In this document: one piece after another, positions 50,513 through 63,900 of the stretch
Position numbering within the stretch: the first letter of the stretch is position 1
Layout of the letters: each line of letters opens with the position of its first letter
Source: Squalus acanthias
Lineage: Eukaryota
Length of the DNA: 64,000 bases
Reading direction: 5' to 3'
Assembly (NCBI GenBank): GCA_030390025.1
Contig: CM059427.1
Coordinates: 28,396,001 to 28,460,000 of the forward strand
Made by a program: the position numbers and the translations under genes
Notes under the pieces: model-generated
What the model was told of the DNA's origin: nothing
Seen by the model: only the letters and a program-made list of their open reading frames with translations
Database searches by the model: none

Positions 50513-52054
50513 GCTTTGGTGTTTCCCTTTGCTAATAGTGTGCAATAAATGTCCTCTTAAATCTATTCTTATGCTTCATCTAGCAGCACCTTAGTAGCAG
50601 GAGTGGGTGAGGTGGATGGCTTTTCTGCATCTTTTAGTGAGGTAACTTTTGCCTTCTGGCAAGTGGGTGCTGAGATGAACTGGCTGCAGACAGTTGGCAA
50701 AGTGCCCTGAAAATATCCTCAAAATTGAGTTTTCAATAATCTTGCTGAATTCTGGGAAAACAGAAAGTGTTAATGCTAAGAACCATGGGTACTTCAAGCT
50801 AGCACTGTGCACTATGAGAAAAATTAACTTTCACTGTTAGCATCTGGTTTCAGTTAGTGGCTGGAATTAGGCAGACCCAGGCTTGTAAAGGTTGAATGGA
50901 AGCTTATGTCTTGCTTTCCAGGAAAATAAATACCGTGAGTGACTACCCTTTATCTTGTTCTGTCTTTTTGTTGTGATTTTCAGCCAAACAAAGTGAAAGG
51001 ATCCTTCACAAACAGACCTGAGGGACCTAATGCTTATCTGGGTTGTTTTACTGAGTATTTACAGCTAAGTAAAGTTAAGTTTTGCAGCAAATGGGCATAT
51101 GTGGCTTTTCTCATGTAATTAGGAATGTATTCAGTCTAATTGCTTGATGTATGCATATAATATTATCATAAGGAAATCCCTGTCATGAGATGTATTACTC
51201 TGATGGCCAAGGATATGAATTAACCTCTCAAAGGTTGAGAGCCAGAGGTATAAAGGATAATATTTTTGATACAAAAGATCAGAAAGAGAGACGTTACAGA
51301 AATTCAGCGAAATTAGGAACTCCACTCGCCAGGGATAGGCCAGATAATTAAGTGGATCATGTAAGAGTTAAACTCCTGATAACAGAATCAAAGTTAGTGT
51401 TACCAAGAGATAACAGATGTCAGAAGAAGGCTGAACTATTATGACGACAGATGGAGACTCATCACACTGATGTCCTGAAGGCAGACCTAAGCATCACAAA
51501 AAAAGGTGAGACAAGCAACTCTAATACACCAAGTCAGGAGGAAAAAGGTGGAAAAGCTGCTGGGATCATTGCTAAAGCTGTGAAATTATCAGCAATAAAC
51601 TGAACTAACTATACTTTAAAATATCCCATAGACTTGCTAGTCAAAGCTGTCAACTTATCAGCTATACATGGAGTTTAGTCTTAACTAAGCTTGCAATATC
51701 AACTGTAATAAGTAGAACCCAGCTGATGCTGAGTGACTGATACACTTGAACTGCCTTTGTAACCTCCATCAGTTAATGATACTGAGCTAAGTACATTGAG
51801 TTCTCTTACTGTTAAATATTGCGATGCTAAGATGCCACTTTTGGTTTGTATTGGATTATCCTGGCAATACATCTGGATACTCTATTACCTTTTGCTTTAA
51901 CCTCGTGACACTAGTCATAAACCTTAAGGTATTTATGTATTATAACATCTAGGTCTTTTTCCTGCTCAACAGTCTTACGTTTGCAACTCTGCATAGTATA
52001 CACATGCATGGTGTTAGCCCTACCCACATGCATTTACAGGAGATGTACTGATGA

Positions 52055-52715
52055 TAACAACTTGCATTTATATAGTACCTTTGATGTAGAAAAAATGTGC
52101 CATCATGCTTCACGGAGGCATAAGGAAAAAATGGACGACAAGCAAAGAAGGAGATATTAGGAGGGGTGACCAAAAGCTTGGTTGACCAGGTGAGTTTTAA
52201 GGAGGGTCTTAAAGCAGGAGATAGAGAAGCAAACGGGTTTCGGGAGACAAAAAAAGAGCGTGGGGCTTATGTATCCCTGCCAATGGTGGGCTGAAGGGAG
52301 GGGTTTGCACAAGAGGCTAGAGCCAGAGGAATGGAGATTTGGGGGGGGGGGGGAGGTTGTAGGGATGGAGGAGGTTACAGAGATAGGGAGGAGTGAGGGC
52401 ACTGAGGGATTTAAACACAAGGGTAAGAATTTTAAATTTGAGACTTTGGGAGACCGGAATCAAACGTAGGTCAGTGAACACAGGGGTAATGGGTGAGCGG
52501 GACTTGGTGGGAGATAGGAAATGGGGAGCAGAGTTATGGATGAGTTGAAGTTTACAAAGGGTAGAGGATGAAAGCCTGGTCAGGAGAGCATTGGAATAGT
52601 TGAGTCCGGAGATGACAAAGGCATAGGTGAGGGTTTCAGCAGCAGATGGCCTAAAGTAGGGGCAAGGGCAGGCGATGTTATGGAGGTAGAAGTAGTCAAT
52701 TGTTGTGGTGGAGAA
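52055..52715 (-). mobile_element. L2 LINE 3' fragment
   Basis: ORF 52317..52733 AETLTYAFVISGLNYSNALL...ITPVFTDL...FKILTLVFKSL; AACAACTTGCATTTATATAG tail. Confidence 0.8.
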
Positions 52716-53237
52716 TATGACATAGAAGTACATAGAATATACAGCACAGAATCAGGCCATTCGGCCCAACCGGTTTATGCGTTTATGCCCCACTTGAGCC
52801 TCCTCCCACCCTTCCTCATCTAACTCTATCATCATAACACACTATTTCCTTCTCCCTCATATGCTTATCTAGCTTAGAAACATAGGAACAGGAATAGGCC
52901 ACTCAGCCCCTCGAGCCTGTTCCACCATTCAATGAGATCATGGCTGATCTGCGACCTAACTCCATGTACCTGCCTTTGGCCCATATTCCTTAATAACTTT
53001 GGTTAACAAAAAGCTATCGATCTCAGATTTAAAATTCACAATTGATCTTGCATCAATTGTCATTTGCAGAAGAGAGTTCCATACTTCTACCACCCTTTGT
53101 GTGTAGAAGTGTTTCATAATTTCACTCCTGAAAGGTCAGGCTCTAATTTTTAGACTATGCCCCCTAGTCCTAGAATCCCCAACCAGCGGAAATAGTTTCA
53201 CCCTATCCTACCCTATCTGTTCCCCTTAATATCTTGG

Positions 53238-53471
53238 AGTTCCCCTCCAAGTCACACACCATCCTGACTTAGAAGTATATCGCCGATCCTTCATCGTCGC
53301 TGGGTCAAAATCCTGGAACTCCCTAACAGCACTATGGGAGTACCTTCACCATACAGACTGCAGCGGTTCAAGAAGGCGGCTCACCACCACCTTCTCGAGG
53401 GCAATTAGGGATGGGCAATAAATGCTGGCCTTGCCAGCAATGCCCACATCCCATATACGAATAAAAAAAAA
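53238..53471 (+). mobile_element. 3' end of the second LINE family (as at 21325) inserted in CR1
   Basis: CACCACCACCTTCTCGAGGGCAATTAGGGATGGGCAATAAATGCTGGCCTTG...AATAAAAAAAAA, the reverse complement of 21340-21570. Confidence 0.8.
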
Positions 53472-55865
53472 ACTTCTATCAGATTACCCCTTAACCTTCT
53501 AAATTCTATGGAATACAACCCTAATTTGTGTAATCTCTCCTCATAACTTAACCCTTGAAGTCCGGGTATCATTCTGGTAAACCTAAGCTGCACTCCCTCC
53601 AAGGCCAATATATCTTTCCTAAGGTGTGGTGCCCTGAACTGCTCACAGTACTCCAGGTGTGGTCTAATGTTCACGCACAGTTAGGCTGTTAACTAAATCT
53701 GGATCATTACTCATTACTAAATCTAATATAGCTTTCCCCCTTGTTGCCTCTATGACATATTGTGCAGAAAACTATCCCGGACACACTCAAGAAATTCACT
53801 TCCTTTCTGACAGGTGCTAGCCTGCTTATCCCAATCTATTGAAAGTTAAAATCCTCCATTAAAACCACTCTGCCTTTGCTACACGCTTGTCTACTCGATT
53901 ATTTAATTTTAAATGTAGTTATATCAATTTTAATCTCATCTTTCAATGTCATGTCCACCTGATCCGTCTCCCTGGTAAATACTGAAGCAAAATAATTATT
54001 TAATATTTCTGCCATTTTACTATCATTGCCTGTGATTTTATCCTGTCTGTCCTTTAGTGGCCCTATTCCTATCATATTTCATCATCATCATTCCCAAATA
54101 TTTTACTATTTTTTATGTTCTTTGATAATTTAATTTCATAGTTCCTCTTTTCCTTCCAAATTTTTTTGACATCTCTCCTAATCTCTTCATATTCTCCCTG
54201 TCCTGCTCTCATCTGTTGTCCATGTACTTAGTATATGCTTCATTCCTTACCCTCAATTTTTCCCTTATGTCTTTATTCATGGTGTCTCATTAGTGTTTAA
54301 TTTGTTCTTGTTTTTTAGTAAAATATATTTTTCCTGGACTCTATTGAACACTGTTTTAAATGTTTCCCATTGTTGTTCTACTTCACTGTTTGCCAATATT
54401 GTTGTCCATTTTATTTTCCCAAGTTCGATTCTCAGCCCCTGAAAATCAGCTTTTCTCCAATCTATTACCTTGGTCTTTGTCATGGTTATGCGCTTCTCAA
54501 TTATTATCTTAAACCGTATTATATTATGGTCACTATTGCCTAGATGCTCCCCTACTTTTCTTTCTTTTATCAGCTCTGGTTTATTCCCCATTACTGGATC
54601 TAGTCGTGAATCCTCCCTTGTTGGACTTCTTACATACTAGGTTTCATTTATATTTAAGCTTGTTTCATTTCTTGTAGATCCCCCCCCCCCCCCCCCCCCC
54701 ATCTTATTAGTTTAAATCCTTTGCCACCTCCCTATTTACCCTTTCCGCTTGGACACTGGTCCCATTCCAGTTCAGGTGGAGCCCATCCCTGTCCCAGTAC
54801 CGGTGTTAGTGCCCCATGAAAAGGAACCTCACTTTCCCATACCAGCTCTTTAGCCACGTGTTAACTCTTCTGATCTGTCTCTATGCCAGTTTGCATGTGG
54901 CTCAGGCAATAATCCAAAGATTATTACCCTCAAAGTCCTGCTTTTTAATTTAGCACCGGCGTTAGTGCCCCATGAAAAGGAACCTCACTTTCCCATACCA
55001 GCTCTTTAGCCATGTGTCAACTCTTCTGATCTGATCTATGCCAGTTTGCATGTGGCTCAGGCAATAATCCAGAGATTATTACCCTCGAGGTCCTGCTTTT
55101 TAATTTAGCATCTAACTCCTGATACTCCCTCAGCAGGACCTCCTCCCTGTTCCTACCTATGTTGTTTGTTCCAACATGGACCATGACAACTAGATTTTCC
55201 CCCTCCCTTTCCAAATTCCTCTCCAGCCACCTTGAGATATCCCTTACACTGGCAGGCAACACACCCATTGGGACTCTCATTCGTGCTTACAGAGGACGTT
55301 ATCTATCCTCCTAATTATAGAATCCCTTATCACTACCACATTTCTATTCTGCTCTTCCCCCTCCCTGCCTTGGGCAGACTTCTGAGCTATGGTGCCTTGG
55401 TCTGCATTGTGGCTGTCCTCCTCACAGTCCCTTGTCCTCGCAGGTAGCGAGTGCATCATACCAGTTGGACAGGACCAGGGTCTACGGGACCTCCTTCTCA
55501 ACCTCTCCTAAGTCCCTGCTACCCGGCTCCATGACAGTCACACCCTCCTCTTCCTGAACCTGTGCTTTCCTCTGGGGTGTGACTGTTCTGGATAAAACTA
55601 TCCCAAATTTCCTCCTCCTCCCTTTTGTGTTGGAGTGTCTCTAATTTGCACTTCGGCTCAATGACTCTGAGCCAGAGTGCCTAAAGGCAGAGACATTTCC
55701 TGCAGATGTGGGAATCTGGGACAGTCTCACTGTCCACAAACTCCCACATACTACAATCCCAACAGTGCCCTGCCATCTCTAGTCATTTTTATTTATTTGC
55801 TTATTGATAGTCTGGATTAACCCGAAAACTCCGAGAATCCCGTGGTATTTGTGCGGGCAAGCTCC

Positions 55866-57240
55866 TCCTTCATTGCTCCACACTGACTCCCTCGGTGCTC
55901 CACGTTGACTCTCTCGGTGCTCCACGTTGACTCTCTCATTGTTCCACGTTGACTCCCTCGGTGCTCCGTGTTGACTCCCTCGGTGCTCCACGTTGACTCC
56001 CTCGGTGCTCCACGTTGACTCCCTCGGTGCTCCACGTTGACTCCCTCGGTGCTCCACGTTGACTCCCTCGGTGCTCCACGTTGACTCCCTCGGTGCTCCA
56101 CGTTGACTCCCTCGGTGCTCCGTGTTGACTCCCTCATTGCTCCGCTCTGACTCCCTCGGTGCTCCACACTGACTCCCTCATTGCTCCACGTTGACTCCCT
56201 CATTGCTCCACGTTGACTCCCTCATTGCTCCACGTTGACTCCCTCATTGCTCCACGTTGACTCCCTCATTGCTCCATGTTGACTCCCTCATTGCTCCACG
56301 CTGACTCCCTCATTGCTCCGCTCTGTCTCCCTCGGTGCTTCGCTCTGACTCACTCGGTGCTCCGCTCTGACTCCCTCATTGCTCCGACTCCCTCATTGCT
56401 CCGCTCTGACTCCCTCATTGCTCCACGTTGACTCCCTCATTGCTCCACGTTGACTCCCTCATTGCTCCGCTCTGACTCCCTCATTGCTCCACATTGACTC
56501 CCTCATTGCTCCACGTTGACTCCCTCATTGCTCCACGTTGACTCCCTCATTGCTCCGCTCTGACTCCCTCATTGCTCCGCTCTGACTCCCTCATAGCTCC
56601 ACGCTGACTCCCTCATAGCTCCACGCTGACTCCCTCATTGCTCTGCTCTGACTCCCTTATTGCTCCACACTGACTCCCTCATTACTCCACGCTGACTCCC
56701 TCATTGCTCCGCTCTGACTCCCTCATTGCTCTGCTCTGACTCCCTCATAGCTCCATGCTGACTCCCTCATTGCTCCGCTCTGACTCCCTCATTGCTCCAC
56801 GCTGACTCCCTCATTGCTCCGCTCTGACTCCCTCATTGCTCCACACTGACTCCCTCATTACTCCACGCTGACTCCCTCATTGCTCCGCTCTGACTCCCTC
56901 ATTGCTCCGCTCTGACTCCCTCATAGCTCCACGCTGACTCCCTCATAGCTCCACGCTGACTCCTTCATTGCTCCACACTGACTCCCTCATTGCTCCACAC
57001 TGACTCCCTCATTACTCTGCTCTGACTCCCTCATTGCTCTGCTCTGACTCCCTCATTGCTCCGCTCTGACTCCCTCATTGCTCCACACTGACTCCCTCAT
57101 TGCTCCTGCTCTGACTCCCTCATTGCTCCGCTCTGACTCCCTCATTGCTCCACACTGACTCCCTCATTATCCGCTCTGACTCCCTTGGTGCTCCACTTTG
57201 ACTCCTTGGTGCTCCACGCTGACTCTCCCATTGCTCCGCG
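55866..57240. repeat. 22-bp minisatellite, roughly 60 copies
   Basis: Unit TGACTCCCTC(GG/AT)TGCTCC(ACGT/GCTC); the 22-aa periodicity of the overlapping ORF equals 3 x 22 nt. Confidence 0.95.
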
Positions 57241-57594
57241 CTAACACTCACTGTTGCGGCAAGTTTTATCTATACGCTGTTACCCACCAATTCCCTCCCT
57301 CCACAGCTGTGATATCACTTTTGAATATCTTTCTCAGTATTCTGAGGAAAGTCCTTAGTATCTTTTACAACCTCAGGACGTTCAGAAGCACGTTACAGCC
57401 AAGGAAGCTACGGTTGTAATGTAGGAAACTGGGCAGCTAATTTGTGCACAGCAAGGTCCCTCAAACAGCAATGTGATAATGACCAGGTAATCTGTTTTAG
57501 CGATGTTAGTTGAGGGATAAATATCTGTCACATGTCCACCCATTCCACCAGCCTGGCTATGTCCTATTGAATTCTATCAGTTCTGACTCTGACT

Positions 57595-57893
57595 TTGGCC
57601 TCTTGCACTGTTTCCCCTCAGGCTCACTCTCTCCGCTCTCACTGTCTCTCTGCCGTCGGTTCTCCTGCTTTTATCTGTTGGCCTCTTGCACTGTTTCCCC
57701 TCAGGCTCACTCTCTCCGCTTTCACTGTCTCTCTGCCGTCGGTTCTCCTGCTTTTATCTGTTGGCCTCTTGCACTGTTTCCCCTCAGGCTCACTCTCTCC
57801 GCTTTCACTGTCTCTCTGCCGTCGGTTCTCCTGCTTTTATCTGTTGGCCTCTTGCACTGTTTCCCCTCAGGCTCACTCTCTCCACTCTCACTC
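57595..57893. repeat. 83-bp tandem repeat, ~3.6 near-identical copies
   Basis: TTGGCC recurs ending at 57600, 57683, 57766 and 57849. Confidence 0.92.
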
Positions 57894-57899
57894 ATTTGG

Positions 57900-59070
57900 C
57901 TGGAAACTTGATGTCAAATAGGATGTTGAGGTTACCAACAGTCTTGTTCAGCCTGAAACAGTGGCCGGGAAGGGGAATGGAATCAGAGGTAATGGTACAG
58001 AGTTTGTGGCAAGGGCCGAAGACAATGCCTTTGATCTTACCACTGTTTAGCTGGAGGAAATTGCAGTTCATTCAAGACTCGATGGTCAAGCAGTCTGACA
58101 ACAAAGAGGCAATGGAAATTTTGAGAGAGGTGGTGGAGAGGTATAGCTGGCACTGTACATGTGGAATCTGTGCCCATGTCTCTGGATTATATCACCAAGG
58201 GGGTACATGTAGATGAGGATAAGGAGGGAGCCAAGGGTAGTCTTTTGGGGGACAGGCAATGTACTGATTACAGCAGTAGTAACAATACAGGGGTGGGAAT
58301 GGAAGCCATTGCCGGAGATGCTCTGGCATCAAACAAATAGGTAAGACTCAAACCGAGCATGAGAAGTCCCGTTGAGTTGGATAATTGAGGAGTGGTGTTG
58401 GAGAAGGATGGTGTAGCCGACTATGTGAAAGGCTGCAAGAGTGGTGAAGGAAGAGAAAAGATAGTGCACCACAGTCATGGCCACAGCAGATTTTATTTGT
58501 GACATTGGTTAGGGACATTTGGTGCCATGGCAGTAACAGAAGCCTGATCAGAGCTGCTGGGAAAATGGGTACAGAGTTGAGAGGCAAAAACATGTTGAAT
58601 GATTTTGGAGGGGAAAGGAAGATTGCAGATATGGCAGTAGTTTGTAAGGACAGAGACATCAAGGGTAGGTTTTTGAGAAGGGAATGATTAAAGCAGTTAT
58701 GAAATGGAGGGGGACAGTTCCTGAGGAGCGAGAACCAGTCACAATGTCACTAGCATGGAAGCCATGAAGAGAAGTTGGGTGATTAGCAGTTTAGTGGGAT
58801 TGGGGTCAAAGGAATATAGATGGGTCTCATGGATAAGATGAATTTAGAAAGAGCATATGAGGAGATGGGAGAGAAACTAAAGGGCTTGAGCAGGGAGAGC
58901 TTGAAGGGAGATTTGGCTTGGGGAAAAGGGGAACGGGTGATACACAGAAGCAGCTGAATGGATTATCTCAATCTTCGTGACAAAGAATGTCCATGAGCTC
59001 CACGCACTGGTTGGAGGTGAAGTTGGAGGGGGCAGGGGAGAGGCTTTAAGGAGATGGCAACCTAAACATT
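57900..59070 (-). mobile_element. Degenerate L2-type LINE RT region
   Basis: Similar to 12100-12330 (CTGGAGGAAATTGCAGTTCATTCAAGACT); no intact ORF. Confidence 0.55.
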
Positions 59071-59347
59071 CACAGGAGATATACTGACTGGCCTTAGTGC
59101 CTCTGCCTTTAAACCCTGCAGCAGCACCAGACTTACCACAAATTGGTGAGCTTCCAATCACAGACATTTTCAATAACTGGAGCTTGTCTACATTATATTT
59201 ATTATATGGAAGTACATGGGTCTGTGCACTAAAACTTGCTCAGCAGTCAGTTTTCCCACGCTGCCAGATGTCATTGTGAAACTGGCAATATAGCTCAGGA
59301 AGCGGATTGGCGATTCCAGGAGAACTAAAGTGGAAATGTGAGATTAT

Positions 59348-60119
59348 GGCCTGGAATTTGCAGTGGCTAATAACAGTGAACAAACAACGTTCCCTGTTAT
59401 TACCCCTTTGAAACTGACTGCAACTTCAGGATTTCCACATTTCGATGCGCTAAATCCTAACGTGGTAATCCTGAAGTTGCGGTCAGTCATTCACTGCTCC
59501 GACATTGGCTGCGCTGTGCCACCCCCACCTATAGCTGGCAATCAGTGTAATCAGGGAAATCAGTGAAACTGATGAAAACTTGGGCTTTTCTGTGGTAATA
59601 TCGCTGTTAAATACCCCATTAAAAGTTAGACCTTTTTGGATTAGGTGTAACTGGAGTTTTAACAGCGTATTAACTGCTAAACAAACATTATGGCCCTGTA
59701 AAACTAATTTTAATTTTGTGGAGTGTCAAATTTCTCCATTATAGTAAAAATTACAATTTTTAAGAAACTTAAAAAAATTATATTTTTTAAAAGTTTGTTC
59801 ATATTTATTTCAGGTTTATCTTTTCCCCATGTGAGAGTCCCAATCTCTGTTTTGCTCTCTGTAACATTTTTAAAAAGTCAGAATAAAAGGAGCTTCTTCA
59901 CTTCCTTGTTCGTGGGCTGTGAGAATTCTGCACTGTGATTGGCTGCTTAGACAGCTTGTTGACCTCACAGCAGATCGTGCTATGGAATTCCCACTACACT
60001 GCACTGCATGTCGAAAAAGCCAAACTTCTCGCCAGATAGCAGGAGATCTTTGTGGGAAGCTTTCTTCGTGGCCAGCGGTGAACGCCTTTGCTTCGCTGCT
60101 GACAGCAAATTCCGGGGCC
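59348..60119. mobile_element. Non-autonomous TIR element (Harbinger-like)
   Basis: Termini GGCCTGGAATTTGC / GCAAATTCCGGGGCC; subterminal GTGAAC..GTTC boxes. Confidence 0.7.
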
Positions 60120-60999
60120 ATCCTCTAGTAAAGTTTTCACCCACTGCAGTCCAACTCCAACCCTGCGCAAATCTGCATCTATATGTGCCATTGGACCCTC
60201 TGGAAACTTTATAAACTAATCTTTCAATCTTTTTCTTTATGGCATGAAAAAGTGAAGCCTCCTGCCCTCATTCTCATAATACTAAAATTAGCCACCCAGA
60301 GAGCAGCCATAAGCGCAAGAGTATGCACAGAGCTTCCTTGGCTCAGCTCAGTGAGAAAGGAATTAGCAGTTTCAACAGCTGAGCATTGCATTACACAGTT
60401 ACCGGCCTCAAGACAGGTAGCTTTGGTGTAACTGCACTCTTAAGTAGTGAGGATGGGAGTAAGACTAATACAAACTGTGTTGTCTTCTTCTGGAAACCGG
60501 ATGCTAACCGAAATACTCAGCCAATATAAAAACAAACTTTCTCCTAAATAACTGTGGGACTCTTTTCTGTTGACACTATTCAAACGTCGGTAATGAAGGC
60601 AAGCTATCCACAAGTAGTTAGGAATTTATGCACCATTTTGCTCCGTCACACTGACAATACGTTGTTCCTCCACAAGAGATCTGTAAGGGCGAGATCAGCA
60701 ACACATCCTATGTAAAGCGGCATTCTCCAAATCTCAAATGTATGTTGCGCTGGACATTGAATAAGACTGATATCAATGCTGTCCTATTGGTTATGGGAGG
60801 TGGAAGCTGCATGTGCAATCTTACAGATGGCCTAAGAATCAATGGAATGGATTTCAGATGAGTTATGACTAATTTCCTAGAGAACAAAATCTTTACCCGA
60901 ACCATCAGAGGAAAAACTAAATTTGCAAAAGCACTTTTAATTTAAAAATTACAACACACGTGTTCTTCTCCTGTGAGTTAGGAACCCCTGCACTCAGTA

Positions 61000-63900
61000 A
61001 AAAAGCATTCACTTTACGACATATGTTACAAATAGTCCTGAATTCCCGTTGGGTTATCACCTTACCACCTTAAGAGTATGAAACTGGATTCAGTTATTGG
61101 AATTGCACTATGGACTGATAGACTGACTTTTAGCACTGTGTTAAAAAATTATTACGGTTGCGAAACATTTGAAATTCCAAGATATTGAGAAATTAATGAC
61201 AGTTATTGAGATACACCGCTGTGTGTTATAACAGGAAATTGTAATTCACCTGCGTGCAGTCCAACAATGGCACTGATCCTTCAGAATGTAGAGAAATATG
61301 TCAATGGTTTATGTTACCAGTGTATAAATATTGGTACTCGTGTGCTGGTATTTAAAACAGAATTTGACAGATAACCTCGATCTAGGTAGGTGATTAGAAT
61401 TTCATATCAGGCTTGCAAAATGCAAAGATGGGCGACACAAGTAGCAGCCCCTACCCTTAATTCGGCGAGCGGGATTGTTTTAAGCGGAATGACATTTTCA
61501 TCAAAAAGTCTTTATAGTTATAATTAAGATTTTTTAAATACTTTTAACAATACACACATCACTGTTTGCAATGGCACGCGGTCCCGGTGCTGTCACTGGT
61601 TTATGAGATGCCATTAAGGTACGTGTCGATATGCTGTTAAAATGGATAATCATTGCATTGAATTCAACGGCTAATGTTTTAAGATGGAAATAGCGTCTCG
61701 ATTTCAGGGTTGTATATATAGTACATATTGTTAAAAAAAATCAAACCATTGCATTTTTCCTAATATGAATTTACCCCCCCCCCTTGAGTTTCATAATCTT
61801 GATTTTATATCTGTACAATTTTCCGACAAAATCACTTTGTTCATGCTTGTGCGCGTTTCAATAAATCAAAATTGTTCGCATTCTTTGTAAAACTACAAAT
61901 CTGTTATTATTTTCTCAACCTCCCAACTGCTTCATTGAAAATCCAAATACCTTAAGCATTATAACCTGTGAATTCAATAGTTTGGATTTGCTTCAGTTTC
62001 TTGCCGCGAGATAAATTCAATATTTGTGCAGCGAGACATGGAACAAAAGAGCCAGCATTTGTGCAATGAAACAGTTCATTTAAAGATTCAAAGTTTGCGT
62101 CACTGAACTGCTAATCTATGTTTCCCAAAATATGTGTAGTGCGGCAAGGTATTCCTTATCTGCTTTTATATTAAGATCAGACCTTCGGTACTGTTATTTT
62201 GGACCGAGTCATTTCACTTTGGAAAAAGTCTGAAATGCGTTGTTAACATGAAATAATAATTATATGCCTCGGCAAATAGTAAAAGAAAATAAATAGTATT
62301 GTGTTGTGAAGTATTAGTATAACTTTGAGAGGATAACAGGTGTTCGGTGACTTCCGTGGCTCGAACTTTTGCTTTCCTCTCTGGTTTGGTTCATTCTTAT
62401 TTCGCGCAGTCGTTAAACCTGCGTTTCTATTCACCTTTAGTCTGATGGAATTGGTGGAATAGTCTGAATGCAATAATGCATCCTGCTTTTTTGTTTGTTG
62501 TGATGTCAATTTGAGAAAGCAATTCTTTCCTGTCTACAACAATGTATTACTCTGTGTTTCACGCAAAACGTTGTATGAAATTGGAATTCTCCGAGTAATT
62601 GATCTTACTCTTTTTTTGACAATAGTTCGTTCGTCTTGTGGCCTTCTGTATCAGCTGCTTTTCAGGGCGACTGAGTTCAAACTCCACTGTCCACACACAC
62701 TTCGACTTTTAAACCATTGCCCCTTTTCCGCCTTCTTCAGAATCGAATCCACCACCAATCTATTTGCACTTGCTGTTTCGTCATTTCATTTAAATTGTCA
62801 TTCTGACTCGAGCGTTTTTTCTTCGCACCTTGATTTCCTTCATTCGCGTGTCTTCCCCATTTTTCATCGCAGTTTAAAACTTAGCTCATCACATTGTTTT
62901 TTTAAACAGACTGCTACATCTTTAGCATTGCCAACTGTCAATAACCTCAAATAAACCCCCGTCCCCGGATCTGTTCTTACATTTGTTTTACAGAAAGTAT
63001 AAATAGTGAAAGATGTGACAGATTCAAGACTGCCGAGACTCCACCAGACGTGTACTTGTGTAGGTGGCTATTGGATGAAGCACCTCTCCAAGGTACACCT
63101 TACTGGAGATTTGGCAATCTTGGATGCCCTCTTGTGGTCAGTTTTGCTCTCTATTTACTACCTTGTACGAAAACGCAAATGCAAATGAAGCTATAATCTC
63201 GTACATTTAATTTTTGACAAAGCCTTCTTAAATGGTCATAGACATGGGAACATCTTTTGTTTTTAATTCTATTGAGATATATATGAAGTAAAGCAGATGG
63301 CGTGGCTTCACGTTGCTCGAGCTTACATTGTAAACAAAATCAAAGGTACAGATATTCATTGAGAAGCAGAGATTCACACCACCAACGGTGAATTGATTAA
63401 ACAAAATAAATCACTTCAAAGTTTGAAATCCTTGCTATAAAGTCTGCCTTTTGGGTTCCTTTAATGTCAGATACCCTGGATGCTGCCGCTAAGATCTGTA
63501 TCTATTGTTAGATATTCCAACCTTCCTGAGGTGCACCTGCTCCGTGATCAGGATTCATAAACAAGGACGAAAACCCTGAAGGCACCAAAAAGTACCTGCT
63601 GGAAAGTCACGTAACTCCAGAAGAACGGCAGCGGAGCGGTAGATTTCTGCAGACAAAGCAACCTGGTCAACATTGGCATGACACATTTTGGAGCAGAGGA
63701 GGTGGTGTGTGACTCATTCGTGCGTCGTGTCGGATAAACGGGCGATTCACACTTTTAAAACAGCAAATCAAACGTACTTCTGAAAAAAGGTCATGGTGAA
63801 TGAATTTTTTTTGTACACGATTTATATTCAGACGTCGTTTCCCTTGGAGTATTATAAGCGCCCTTCATGCTGACAGAAACTTGCATGTCTGAGGATCTAA

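Larger units (their letters stand above)
52720..57250 (-). mobile_element. CR1 LINE(s): stacked 3' ends, internally deleted ORF2, ORF1, and a 5' UTR expanded by a minisatellite
   Basis: RPHLEYCEQF (53405..53674), LGNSDHNII (54277..54591), VHVGTNNIG/VIISGLLP and RDSIIR (ORF1 esterase), ORF1 ATG at 55776 with zinc finger. Confidence 0.8.

Noticed and set aside
55866-57240. Regular short-repeat array as a possible CRISPR array, or repeat-protein ORFs (55779..56203)
   Set aside because: Units are directly tandem with no unique spacers, the context is eukaryotic, and the ORFs are by-products of a stop-free repeat strand.
62243-62954. ORFs of 88 and 147 aa in unique DNA
   Set aside because: Non-ATG starts, no domain similarity and no convincing splice sites; not GAD1-like.
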